A DNA stretch of 64,000 bases from Octopus vulgaris (Eukaryota), in assembly GCA_951406725.2 (NCBI GenBank), contig OX597820.1, forward strand, positions 66,774,001 to 66,838,000. Direction: 5' to 3'. The position numbers and the translations under genes were made by a program. Below the pieces are notes generated by a model. That model saw only the letters and a program-made list of their open reading frames with translations, had not been told where the DNA came from and did not search any database. Position 1 is the stretch's first letter, and the number at the start of each line of letters is the position of its first letter. Positions 24,450 to 37,051 of this stretch are shown one piece after another.

Positions 24450-24682
24450 CACAAAGAGGCAAGCCATTAGCAGGTGGCCTAACATACTAGAAAGAACAGT
24501 CAAGAAGTCCAAACCACAGTTAAGAGCAATTTCGAAGGGAATGAAAAATAAAAACATTTACCATGTTTTACAGCCAGACCTCAGGTTTCGAACTTTAATT
24601 AGCAAATAAAATAATTTATCTGTGGTTTGGACTTTTTGACTGTTCTTTCTAGTAGGTTAGGCAACCTGCTTGCCTCTTTGTG
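24450..24682. mobile_element. Fold-back/MITE-like element with ~70-bp inverted arms
   Basis: TA|CACAAAGAGGCAAG...CTAGAAAGAACAGTCAAGAAGTCCAAACCACAG is inverted against CTGTGGTTTGGACTTTTTGACTGTTCTTTCTAG...CTTGCCTCTTTGTG|TA. Confidence 0.7.
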
Positions 24683-24799
24683 TATAGGCTTGCATCTGTG
24701 TATAAATATACACTAATTTATATATACATATATACATACATATATACATATATTGCATGTGCTAGATGACAGTCTGTCTTTGTTTTCTGCTTCTCTCTC

Positions 24800-25413
24800 T
24801 TCTTTAATCTATCTACCTAGCTAGCTGTATCTAATTATATACCTGTCTATTTAGTAGTGTCTATATATCTATCATTATCTGTATAGCTACTGATTTATCT
24901 ACCTGTCTGGTTGTTTGTTTGTGTGTATATATTTATCTATGTCTATCTACCCGTCTTTCCATCTCTATATCTATCTGTCTGGCTCTATGTCTATCGGTCT
25001 GAATATTAGTCTGTCTGTTTCTATAACTGTCTATCTCACTCTCTATCCATCCATCCATCCATTCATCTACACATCTATGTACATATTTATCATTCAGTCT
25101 ATCTATCTATCTGTCTATCTGTCTGTCTGTCTATCTATCTGTCTCTTTTTCTTTTGTTCCTTTTCTTCTTTTTTTTATTTTTTTTTTTATTTTTTGTTCT
25201 TTTTTTCCCTTTTACGATCCCTTTTGATCGAAAACCTCCGCCACCTTTTTTTTTTTGTTTCTTTTGTTTTTTGTTTTTTTCATTCCCCAAAAGAAAAGCT
25301 CTACCTTGTAACTTGTCCCATCTGTGTGCAGCCCTGTGTGGCCAATAAAGAAACTTATTTATCTATCTGTCTATCTATCCGTCTCTCTGTCTAGCTATCA
25401 GTTGATCTGTCTG

Positions 25414-25473
<60 letters not shown>

Positions 25474-25810
25474 CCTATCTATCTACCTATCTATCTATCT
25501 ATCTATCCATCTGTCTGCCTGTCTATCTGTTTCTCTGTCTGTCTATCTATCAGTTGATCTGTCTGTGTATTTATCTATCTGTCTATCTATCAATCCTATC
25601 CTATCTTATCCTGTCCTATCCATCCAGCCGTCTATTTATTTATCCACCTACCCATCCATTCATCTATCCATCTATTTATCGGTCTGTCTGTCTGTCTGCT
25701 GTCTATATATATATCTATCTATCCATCTATCCACATATATATATCTGTATATATCTATTTTGTGTACGTCTGTTTATCAATCTATATTTGTCTGTCTGTC
25801 TGTTAGTCTT
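24800..25810. repeat. (TCTA)n/(TCTG)n/(CCAT)n degenerate tetranucleotide field
   Basis: Near-pure TCTA at about 25415-25505. Confidence 0.85.
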
Positions 25811-26425
25811 GTGTCTCCGCTCCGCTTTTACCCAATTTCTCATTCCAATTCTTAATCACCTTTTACTCATCATCCACTTCCTCTCCTAAAACAATATCCT
25901 GTCTTCTTGGGAGAATTCCATCTAGAAACAAACCATTGTGGGGTGGCACTACCTCGAAACCTTCACCGCCTCCATACCTGCTCCCCCACCCCCAACACAC
26001 CCACACATACCACCCACTCCCACACACACACACACTCCCCACACCCTCTCATAACGACTCTTCTTCACTTTACTCCAAGACAATAGAAACTTCCGGAGAG
26101 AGTGAACTCAACTAATGGCATCTCCATTACTCTCGTAATCTCTTTCATCTCCTGCTTGAGATCTCCATCTGTCTGCCTGTCTGTTTGTATGTGCGTGTGT
26201 GCATGTATATATACACACACATATGTGTGTATGTACTGTGTATACTTGTGTGTGTGTGTGTGTGTTTGTGCGGTGATGTGTAGCAATTTTTTAAACTTAG
26301 TGACTAAATGAACATTGTTTAATGATGTGTGTACCTATGTGCAAGTGTATGGATGTGCATTTGTGTGTATGTGCATTTTGTATGTGTGTGTGTGTATGTG
26401 TGTCCACACACATGTATATGTATAC

Positions 26426-26456
<31 letters not shown>

Positions 26457-27125
26457 AATGTGATGTGAAACAAATCTTAAAATCTAGTGACTTAAATGAA
26501 CATTGCTTAATGACCTGTTTATATGTGTGCAAATGTGTGTGTGCGTGTGTGTGTGTATAGTGTTGTCGATGTTGTTGCTGTTGTTGTTGTTGTTGTTTTT
26601 GGCTTCAATAATTTAAAGATTTTCATAAACTTCGTGTTGGGATTGATAAATAAATTTGAAGACTTACGGACAATGAATTGAAGCAGTGATGTGATAACCT
26701 GTGTGTGTGTGTGTTTGTACGTCACTGTGTGTCTCTACATGTATGTGTGTCCTTGTATGTATGTGTGTGTGTGTATGTCTCGGTATATATGTCTGTATAT
26801 GTTTGTGTGTTTGTGCATGTGTGTGTCTGTATGCATGTGTATGTCTCTATATATGTGTGTGTGTGTGTATGTGTGTGAGAATGACTGCTTGTGTGTATGT
26901 GTGACTCTCTGTGTGTGTATGTGTGCAAATGTGTGTTTCTTTATTTTCTGCATCTGTGCGTGTGTATGTAATTGTTTTCATGTGTGTATCTATGCTGATT
27001 TTCCCTTGAATGATGATGGTGATGATGATGATGATGGTGGTAGTGATGGTGGTGGTGATGGTGAAGGTAATGTTCAGAGTTCTCATCGCATTATGTAAAT
27101 AAGTGAGTGTGTCCTTTATGTGTGC

Positions 27126-27161
<36 letters not shown>

Positions 27162-27174
27162 TCATGTGTGTCCA

Positions 27175-27370
27175 GCTTGTTGTTTCACCTCAGGTCATCT
27201 CTGATCAAACAGGCCTATGATCAAAGACATTCCAGCTGTGACCATCCTGTCTTTTTCCCTTTGAGCAGTGAACTGAAACCTCGTTATCCAATCTATTCTT
27301 TTCTAAGATGGTGTGGTATGATTTCAAAGGGACCCATCAGGCTGTTATTTCTAGCTGGTTGAGTAACCAC
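27175..27370 (-). mobile_element. Family E repeat
   Basis: TTGTTGTTTCACCTCAGGTCATCTCTGATC...CCTATGATCAAAGACATTCCAGCTGTGACCATCC...TATTTCTAGCTGGTTGAG. Confidence 0.6.
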
Positions 27371-27839
27371 ACACAGGCTCACACATTGATTTTGATTACC
27401 CAAGCTCTGTGGGTTTGCTATGTTTGTATGTGCATGCATCCACCTTACTTAGTTGATAAAGATGATGATGATGCTGATGATGATGATAATGATGATAATG
27501 ATGTCATTCTGTTTAGAGGTCATACTTACTACTGAATAAGTGTCAGCTTTCTATGGGATGAGTGGACAGTAGGAGAAATCTTCAGAGGAAGAATTCCATC
27601 AAGTAAATATTTTAGCCCATTAATTCCTGACACTCTAAAGGAGCTGGGCACACCTAGGTCATGACTCCGAGGTGTTTTCCTGCTGTTTTTGAAACGCTGC
27701 CTTTAGTGGGAATTGATCTCGCAACCTTTGGGTGGTCTTATTTACCACCGCTGCAATATTGTATACTGTACTTCACATGCTTCACAGTCTGTTTTTTTTT
27801 TTTTTAGTTGTTAAAAACCCTATCAAAACAGGCAGTGAA

Positions 27840-27930
27840 AGCATGGCACAGTCTTCTGTCTAGCCAGCTCCTGTCAAACCGTCCAACCCATGCCAGCATG
27901 GAAAATGGACGTTAAATGATGAGGATGACA
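27840..27930 (+). mobile_element. Family D 3' end
   Basis: GTCAAACCGTCCAACCCATGCCAGCATGGAAAATGGACGTTAAATGATGAG. Confidence 0.7.
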
Positions 27931-28089
27931 TATGTCTACAAGAAGTATAGTCCTCAAAGAATCTGAATCTGCAATTTATACAGGGGAACAGTTAAAGATC
28001 CACAAGGAGATGGTCGTTTGGTTGTCAGATGATTTTGATGGCCAACTGTAAGCAAATAATTTGTGCTTTCATTGAAAATTTTCTTACTA

Positions 28090-28491
28090 GGCATAGGAGT
28101 GGCTGTGTGGTAAGTAGCTTGCTTACGAACCACATGGTTCCAGGTTCAGTCCCACTGCGTGGCACCTTGGGCAAGTAAATGTATTCTACTATAGCTTTAG
28201 GTCGACCAAAGTCTTGTGAGTGGGTTTGATAGACAAAAACTGAAAGAAGCCCGTCGTATATATGTATATATATATATGTATGTGTGTGTATATGTTTGTC
28301 CACCTACCCCCCAACATTGCTTGACAACCGATGCTGGTGTGTTTACGTCCCTGTAACTTAGCAGTTCGGCAAAAAGAGACCGATAGAAAAAGTACTAGGC
28401 TTACAAAGAATAAATCCTGGGGTCAATTTGCTCGACTAAAGGCGGTGCTTCAGCATGGCCACAGTTACATGACTGAAACAAGTAAAAGAGT
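28090..28491 (+). mobile_element. SINE family A, full length
   Basis: A-box TGGCTGTGTGG, B-box GGTTCAGTCCC, CORE-like ACCTTGGGCAAGT, central (TA/TG)n, tail GAAACAAGTAAAAGAG. Confidence 0.9.
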
Positions 28492-28617
28492 TACTCAAAC
28501 CCTTTGCTTCCTGTGTTTCGGTAAAACTAGTTTTTAAACATTGAATGACTGTTGGGGTCTACCAGGATTAAATAATAATCAAAGGGGTCCATTGATAAAA
28601 AATGGTCAAGACTCCTG

Positions 28618-28831
28618 ATTTAGCATTTAAGCCAGCCATATCCAGCCCGAATATTCTACCTGTTTTATGTTCAGACTGACCAGATCTGGCCTCTCACACC
28701 TACCCTAAAATGTCATTCTAAAAAAACAATCACATTGAAATCTGAAAGCTGAGAAAATGCAAGATTAACTCAAAGCATGTGAATAAATAAGCATTACAGT
28801 TGACGAATTAATCTAAATGCTAAAGGATTAA
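28618..28831. mobile_element. TTAA-type MITE
   Basis: Homologous to 52249-52835; TTTAGCATTTAA...ATGCTAAAGGATTAA. Confidence 0.7.
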
Positions 28832-28899
28832 AGGACCAAGTTTTCTGAAATAGTCACTCAATTTAATAGCTGATAATTGATCTTGAGACTATCACAGCT

Positions 28900-29140
28900 G
28901 TGGAGACACATGGCTTAGTGGTTAGAGTATTGGACTCATGACTGTAGGATTGTGGTTTCAATTCCTGGACCAGGTGAGACATTGAACAAAACACTTCATT
29001 AAAGTTGCTCCAGTCCACTCAGCTGGCAAAAAATGTGCAAACCTGCGACAGACCGGTGTCCTGTCCAGGTGAGAAATAAATACCATGAAAACCAGGAAAA
29101 TGGCCCTTATGAGTCACTATGACTTGAAAAAGGATCTTTA
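28900..29140 (+). mobile_element. SINE family C copy
   Basis: TGGCTTAGTGG A-box, GGTTTCAATTCC B-box, TTGCTCCAGTCCACTCAGCTGGCAAAAA. Confidence 0.8.
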
Positions 29141-29271
29141 CCTTTTTATTTATTTTTTTTGTTTACTGTCACAGCTGGAATGTTTTTGGTCTGCCTTTTA
29201 GATTAGAATTGACCTGGAGTTGAATAGCAACCACAACAACAGCAATTTAGGTCACAAGTCCATCATCAACT

Positions 29272-29490
29272 CCAAGGGCCAGTTTCCTAGTTTCGTAGCA
29301 TATAAATTCCCTACCTGGATGGGACACTAGTCCATCACAGGGTAACTCATTCTTGCCAGCTGAGTGGACTGCCGCAGGGTGAAACAATGTGTTTTGCTCA
29401 AGAACACAATGTGTCACCTGGTCCAGGAATCAGAACCACAATCTTAAGATCATGAGTCCAACACCCTAACCACTAAGCCATATTCCTCTA
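29272..29490 (-). mobile_element. SINE family C copy, inverted relative to 28900-29140
   Basis: GCCAGCTGAGTGGACT...GGTCCAGGAATCAGAACCACAATC...CCCTAACCACTAAGCCAT. Confidence 0.8.
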
Positions 29491-30150
29491 TGCAACTTCA
29501 GTCACCCCTCACTCCTTCAACTCTCCTCTCCCTGCTCTCCCTGTCCCCATTCACATATGATCCTTAATGCTCCATGCCTAATTAAGGAATCATTATTTCA
29601 GTTAACAAGATTATAGTTTCAAATCATCCTCTTGCCCAACCCCCACCAACCGCTCGCCCCCCCCCCCTGTCTTCCATTCTGGATGATGTAGTCTTTAAAG
29701 ATGGGGTTTGGATTGAGAAAGAGAGACAGACAGACGGAAAGACACATGGACAGACAAAAAGAGAAACATTTAGCAGGATTAGCAAGTATGTCAACAACAC
29801 CCTACCCCCCCACAGCATCTCAACCCCCCCCCCCCCGCTTTCCTTCTGAAATGTATCTGTGACTCCTCCTCACCTAGATTCACAGGGTAGGGTTGAAATT
29901 TTCCTCGTTAGTGGTGGTTGTTGTTGTTGTTGTTGCTGTTGTTGTAGTAGTAGTAGCAGTAGTAGTAGTAGTAATCTAAATTCGTTCTAGCAGCAGGATA
30001 TGAGTACCATTTTACTAAATTTCATCATTGTAACAGTCATCTTGTTTGTCACCAACATCATCATCATCGTCGTCGTCATCGTCATTGCCATCGTCATTCT
30101 AACCATTCCTGACATTGCGCCTATTATTGTCATCGCAACTGTCACTAACC

Positions 30151-30185
<35 letters not shown>

Positions 30186-30495
30186 CATTATCAAGAACAG
30201 TGTAGGTCCCACTGATTCTATTGTCTTCGAATTCTACCCCCTCCTGAAGCTACTGATAACAACAACAACAACAACAGCAGCAGCTACAATGATAATAATA
30301 ACAATTAGGTTCTCTCTCTCCTTCCGAATATCCACCACCTCCCATCCACTTCTACATTTGCCCCCACCCCCACCTCCTCCAAAATAACTTGGAATTCTTT
30401 TAATGCATATTTAGTTTGAAAAAATATTTTTTTTAATAACAAAAGGGAAAAATGCAACTCGAACCAAAAAACAAATTAATTGTATATTATTATTA

Positions 30496-30526
<31 letters not shown>

Positions 30527-30817
30527 GTCCTTGTTTTTATTGGGGGTGTTTTGTTCTTGTTTTTTGCCACAAATTTCCCATTATTTTTTAATTTTAGGTC
30601 ATACGATACTATTAGCAGCTTTCTTGAAAAAGAAAGATGTCTTTGGTGACATCATTATCTATTGTCAGTGAAGGTGACATACTAGGGGTCTTGGAAGCCC
30701 ATCATCATAGCAGTTGTTATGAGTTTAAATTAAATGAATTTGAATAGATTCAAATTAAAATTGGTGGAGATGGGGGAGGAAGGCATCCTGAACAAATTCT
30801 TTTACCAAAAGCATAGA

Positions 30818-31009
30818 GGCGTACGAGTGGCTATGTGGTAAGTAGCTTGCTTACCAACCACATGGTTGTGGGTTCAGTCCCACTGCATGGCACCTGGGCA
30901 AGTGTCTTCTACTATAACCTCGGGCCGACCAAAGCCTTGTGAGTGGATTTGGTAGACAGAAACTGAAAGAAGCCCGTTGTATATATGTATGTATGTATGT
31001 ATATGTGTG

Positions 31010-31063
<54 letters not shown>

Positions 31064-31321
31064 TGTGTGTGTGTATGTATGTGTGTATGTATGTGTGTAT
31101 GTATGTGTGTATATGTTTGTGCATCTGTGTTTGTCACCCCCACCATTGCCTGACAACCGATGCTGGTGTGTTTATGTTCCCGTAACTTAGCGGTTCGGTG
31201 AAACAGACTGATAGAATAAGTACTAGGCTTACAAAGAATAAGTCCTGGAGTTGATTTGCTCGACTAAAAGGTGGTGCTCCAGCATGGCCACAGTCAAATG
31301 ACTGAAACAAGTAAAAGAGTA
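30818..31321 (+). mobile_element. SINE family A, full length
   Basis: Complete head, ~140-bp central microsatellite, complete tail. Confidence 0.9.
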
Positions 31322-31415
31322 TGTGCGGTTATGTGTGTGTGTGTGTGTTCCATCATGACCATCATCATCACCATCAATCAACACCGTCATCACCACCACC
31401 ACTACCATCACCATT

Positions 31416-31555
31416 TTTTTACTTTTTACTTGTTTTAGTCATTTGATTGTGGCCATGCTGGGGCACCATCTTGAAGAATTGTAAGCCTGGTACTTATTCT
31501 GTCAGTTTCTTTTGCCATACCACTAAGTTATGGGGATGTAAACACAACAACACAA
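31416..31555 (-). mobile_element. SINE A tail fragment
   Basis: TTTTACTTGTTTTAGTCATTTGATTGTGGCCATGCTGGGGCACC. Confidence 0.7.
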
Positions 31556-31844
31556 CATTAGCAGGTTCCCTCGTCAAACAGGTATTACCTGTACAGGTGC
31601 AAAGTGTGATGCATGTCTGACAATGAAGTGATCACAGAGTAACATGAAATAAAATGTTTTGCTTAAAAACACAACACACCACCCAATCTAGGAATTGAAT
31701 CCATGATTTTGCATGTATTCTCATGTATATTAACAGCAATGTATATCATCATTGTTTTAACGTCCACTTTTCCATGCTTGCATGGGTTGGACAAAATTCA
31801 CCAAGGTAGATTTTTCTGCAGTAGGATGCCTTTCTTGTTACATC

Positions 31845-32116
31845 TTGAGAGAAAAGTTGGGCATAAGAGGCATCAGATGTGGTGTGCAAGAGAGACAACT
31901 GTACTAGTATGGTCATGTGATGTGTATGGACGAGGACAGTTGTGTGAAGGAGTGCTGATCTCTAACTGTGGAGAGAACATGTGGTAGACGTAAACCCAGG
32001 AAGACATGGGACGAGGTGGTGAAGCATGAACTTCAAACTTGGGGCCTCATGGAGGCATTGACTCGTGACTGAGACCTTTGGGGACATGCTGTGCTAAGAC
32101 CCGTCAAGCCAAGTGA
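31845..32116 (+). pseudogene. RTE-clade LINE ORF C-terminus, decayed
   Basis: LREKLGIRGIRCGVQERQLY*YGHVMCMDEDSCVKEC*SLTVERTCGRRKPRKTWDEVVKHELQTWGLMEALTRD*DLWGHAV matches RTE RLRWYGHV.R....G.R.RGRP.KTW......D...W. Confidence 0.88.
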
Positions 32117-32760
32117 AATTGTAGTCATGGCCAATGCTGGTGTCACATAAATGACATCTGTGCCGGTGACACGTTAAAAGCATCTTTCAAGTGTTGAGCC
32201 TCATGGCAGCAAGGTTGCCAATGCCTGTGGTACATGAAAAGCTTCTTTTGAGTCTTGAGCCTCATGGAGGCAATGACAAATGACCGAGACTTTTGGCGTT
32301 ATTCCATGTTTGAGATGACCCGTCAAGCCAAGTGAAATCGTTGTCATGGCAAATACTGGTGTCATGCAAATGGCATGTAAAAGCACCCATTACTCTCTTG
32401 GAGTGGTTGGCATTAGGAAGGGCATCCAGTCATAGAAACTATGCCAAATCAATTAAGGCAGTGAACTGACAGAAACGTTAGCATGTTGAGCGAAACGCTT
32501 AGCGGTATGAGTTCAAATTACGCCGAGGTCCACTTTGCCTTTCATCCTTTCGAGGTCGATAAATTAAGTACCAGTTACGCACTGGGGTCGATGTAATCAA
32601 CTTGATCCCTTTTTCTTTCCTTGTTTGTCCCCTCTATGTTTAGCCCCTTGTGGGCAATAAAGAAATAAGAAACCATGTCAAATGCGCCCTATTCAAATCA
32701 TTCAACCTGTGCCAACATGGACAACAGACAATGATGATGATGATGACAATGATGACAATG
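32117..32760 (+). mobile_element. 3' UTR of the RTE LINE (family D source), interrupted by SINE B
   Basis: Continues from the ORF to GGTTGGCATTAGGAAGGGCATCCAG and, after the insertion, to a (GAT)n tail. Confidence 0.75.
32455..32668 (+). mobile_element. SINE B inserted in RTE 3' UTR
   Basis: AAGGCAGTGAACTGACAGAAACGTTAGC...CCCCTTGTGGGCAATAAAGAAATA; diverged TSD AGAAAC(T/C)ATG(C/T)CAAAT. Confidence 0.85.
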
Positions 32761-33119
32761 ACAAGTATGTATGTATGAATGCACAGCATTTATTTTTGGA
32801 GTTATATTAATTCTTTTTACATATTAATTCTTTTTGCATATTTCAATCCCATCTCCCCAACTATGTTTCTCTTATCATTTTTATCTTCTGTCTTTCTGAT
32901 GGTATTATCTATTTATCTAGCTATCATTCATCTTCCCCCAGTTTTATTCATTTATTATTTTTTTCTTTTAATCATCATGTCATCTGAATTTATCTAGAAA
33001 CTATTTACTGGTGTGAAATAATATCAATATTTGTATAATTTGAAGATTTTCACATAAAAATATATACAACGTTTTGTGTTCCAATACCACATACATACTC
33101 ACACAGATTCATTGTACAC

Positions 33120-33120
33120 A

Positions 33121-33193
<73 letters not shown>
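33120..33193. repeat. (CA)n microsatellite
   Basis: Pure CA run. Confidence 0.95.
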
Positions 33194-33196
<3 letters not shown>

Positions 33197-33714
33197 TATT
33201 ATTTCCAAAGCTTCATTATTTTCTTGCAGAATGGATTCTATATCTGCAAAATTAATTGTCAATATTATCAAATCCACAAGATTCTTTTTAATATATCAGC
33301 AGCCTACATGAATTCACAATAAACGAATATATTTCTTACTTTACAATATAAAATATAGTCTTCATCCATTATAATTCTCTTCACGTCTCAAATGTATCCA
33401 GTACTTACTGTGCATTATCTCTATACAGGTGCTTTATCATATACTACAGGTGCTTTATTTTATCTACTTTGGACGAGTGAATAGCAAAGTGAATCTAAGC
33501 AGGATTTGCACCTGTAGTGTAAAAGACATAAGCAAATACCCCAAATTGTCCTGCTGAGTGCAAAATACATCATTCTTGCATTAAACATCCATAAATAGAG
33601 TTATATGTAAAATACTATCTGCTCTACCTCTGGTATTCCAGTACTAATTTTTCCCTACTTGTTTTGCACCTATGTGCTTGTTTGTGTATGCATCTTATTT
33701 TTAGCTTCTTTTTT

Positions 33715-33897
33715 TTCTTTAACTTGTTGCAGTCATTAGACTACGGCCATGCTGGGGCAATACCTCTAAGGAAGTTTTAGTTAAATAAATGAGTCCCGGT
33801 ATTTATCCTATTGATGTCTCTTACTGAACTGCTACATTATGGGGGTGGGTGGCACCAACACCAGTTGTCAAGTGGTGATGGGGGGTGGATAGACAAA

Positions 33898-33974
<77 letters not shown>

Positions 33975-34114
33975 TAGAAACTCTGCCAGATCAGACTGGA
34001 GCCTGGTGCAGCCCCTGGCTTCCCAGACCCCAGTCGAACCGTCCAACCCGTGCTAGCGTGGAAAACGGACGTTAAACGATGATGATGATGATGCTCCAGT
34101 CTGATCTGGCAGAG

Positions 34115-34193
<79 letters not shown>

Positions 34194-34360
34194 CACGACA
34201 GGATTCTTTTAGTTTCCATCTACCAAATCTACTCACAAGATTTTGGTTGGCCCGAGGTTATAGTACAAGAAACTTGGCCAAGGTGCCATGCAGTGGGACT
34301 GAACCTGGAACCATGTAGTTAAGAAGCAAGCTTCTTCCCACACAGCCATGCCAGTGCCTA
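33715..34360 (-). mobile_element. SINE A whose central microsatellite hosts a D fragment
   Basis: Tail at 33715-33900, head at 34195-34360, D insert at 33974-34121. Confidence 0.8.
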
Positions 34361-35154
34361 TATATATGTGTGTGTGTGTGAGTATAATGTGTATGTATGT
34401 ATCTGTCTGTCTTCAGAAGTGGAATGTGGTGGTGGGGGTGAGGCGCTGTGTTCCTGTAGGGGTGGGGAGCGACCGCAGCCATTAAAACTTTGTTAGAAGT
34501 AAGTTTATTAATGCTTTTCTGTTTATTAGTTGAACAAATAACCCAACAATTGAGTAATATCTTTATTTCCTTCAGATATCCTCACAAAGAACATATATTT
34601 TTATTTATTTTTCTGTTTTGTGTGTGTGTGTGTGTGTTCGTTTAATGTTCTCTTGTGTCTTTGTCCCTCTGCGTATCTGTCTGTCCCAGTTTGTGTGCGC
34701 GTATGTGTGTGTGTGTATGTAGTTCTCTTTGTATATGTGTTTATACATGTGTGTGTGTGTATCTGTGATTGTTATTGTGTGTGTGTGTGTGTTAAATGGG
34801 TTTTCTTTTTCTTTTTACTTCTTTTTTTTATGGCTTTTTTTATTTTTGCATTTTCTTCAGAGATCACTAAGAAAAAATGTGTAGGGTGCACACACGCGCA
34901 AGTGTGTGTGAGTGTGTGTGTGTGTGTCTGCATGTATACATATATCCAAACACAAGCATATACATACACACACACATTCATACATACATACATACATATA
35001 TCTACATAAATATATACATATTTTTAAACAGACATCACTGATACAAATATACATACATGTACATACATACATACATACACACACATATATATACACATAT
35101 ATTTACATATACATGTATATACACACACACATACACTCACATACTTGCACAAAT

Positions 35155-35206
<52 letters not shown>

Positions 35207-35814
35207 CACAGTGTATATGTAGTCTATATCTATGTATGTAGTTCCTCTCTTTTATAGCTGTTGTTACAGTTATTATTATTATTATTGCTATATTTATTGC
35301 TGCCATTATTATCACGAAGAATATCATGATTTTCCTCTCATTTTTCTCTTCTTACCACTCTCTCTCTCTCTCTCTCTCTGTATGTATATATATATATATA
35401 TGTGTGTATATATATATGTATGTATATGTATGTATATGTATATGTATGTATATGTATATATATATATGTATTTGTGTATGTATTTGTTCTTTCTCGATTT
35501 CACTCCTACCACTATTACTTCTTCTTTGTCTAATTTTCTCTCTCTCTACTACTACAACAACAACAACCTTACTCTCTTTCTCTCTCTATCTTTCTCCTCA
35601 CACTACTACTGCCATAACCTCTTCTTTCTCTTTTCTAAATATAATCTTACAGATTTTTACCCTGCTTTCTGTCCCATCACCGGTCTTGTCATTAACAACC
35701 CTCTCTAACATATATATATATATAATCTATGTATGTATGTATACATATAATGTAGAATTCATTTATGTATTTATATATCTGAAATATATGCTGAAATACT
35801 TGTGTTTTGCCAGC

Positions 35815-36127
35815 ATCTATCTTTCTGTGTATCAAACTTATATATCTCTACCTCTCTATCTTTCTATCTACCTCTCTGTCTAGCTTTCTATCTGCCTCTC
35901 TATCTATCTTTCTATCTACCTCTATATTTATCTATCTATCTATCTATCTATTTATCTGTTTGTCTATCTATATCTATCCTGTCTGTCTGTTTATCTTACC
36001 TCATCTCTCTCTATTTATCTATATATCTATCTATATATCTATCTATACATCTATCTATCTTGTCTAACTTTCCTTTATCTGTTTGTATGTCTATCTATCT
36101 ATCTATATCTATCCCTCTATCTATCCC

Positions 36128-36183
<56 letters not shown>

Positions 36184-36290
36184 CCTATCTTGTCAGTCTT
36201 TCTTTATCTGTCTCTCTGTCTGTTTCTCTGTTTCTCTCTCTATCTCTATCTCTCTCCCTCTCACACACACACACACACACACACACATAT
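35815..36290. repeat. (TCTA)n/(CT)n/(CA)n compound repeat with 20-bp higher-order units
   Basis: TCTTTCTATCTACCTCTCTA-like units at 35850-35930. Confidence 0.85.
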
Positions 36291-37051
36291 GTAATGTAAT
36301 TCTTCAGTACAAATGTCTGGTTTGCTAGCCTTCGTTACATCTAATTATCTAAATGTCAACCCATTTGCGTGTACGTGTGTGTACACGCACACATTTATAC
36401 GTGCGCATGTGTGTGTGTGTCTATGTCTACCTACATACCAACTACCTCAGCTACCTATATTTGTGCTACACACTAAACATACCTAAAAGTTTTTCACAAC
36501 CATCTTATAGTATACACAGCAACCAGTATTTCTGTGTCTTTCAACATGTCAGAAATATCTTTGTACTTGCACACAACGAGGGACCGTCTTCCCTTCATTA
36601 TTATAACAGATCTTATCTCATTTGTAAATATGTAATCAATTTTGCTTTGTTTTTTTTTTTCTTATTTTTTCTTTGTATTTCTATCCTCTTCATCTTTCTA
36701 CATCTTCTCCCCCATCCTCTTCATTTTATACATTTGCATTTTTCCCTATTCTGTTTTTATCATCAGTTTTCTAATTCTCTTTCTGCCTGATGCCACTTGG
36801 TGGTGCTGGTGGTAGTGCTGGTGACGGTGATGATGTTAGTGATGGTGGTGGTGGTGGTGGTGGCGATGGTGGTGATAGTGCTGACAGTGGTGGCGTGATA
36901 GTGGTATTGGTGGTGTTGGCATTGGGTTAGATATTAGCTCTGATTTACCGATATTCCTCACCATGTATCCCCTTTTGAGCTATTGTTCATTTAGAATGTG
37001 GAATCTGGTCATATTTTCTGTGTTCTTCTCGGACTATAGTAGAGGACACTT

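Noticed and set aside
28900-28975. tRNA gene-like A/B boxes (also in the SINE A and B heads)
   Set aside because: SINE heads continuing into repeat bodies; no complete cloverleaf.
34499-34576. Possible 78-bp GTAAGT...TTCAG intron
   Set aside because: Flanks have no coding continuity and run into microsatellites; such motifs occur by chance.
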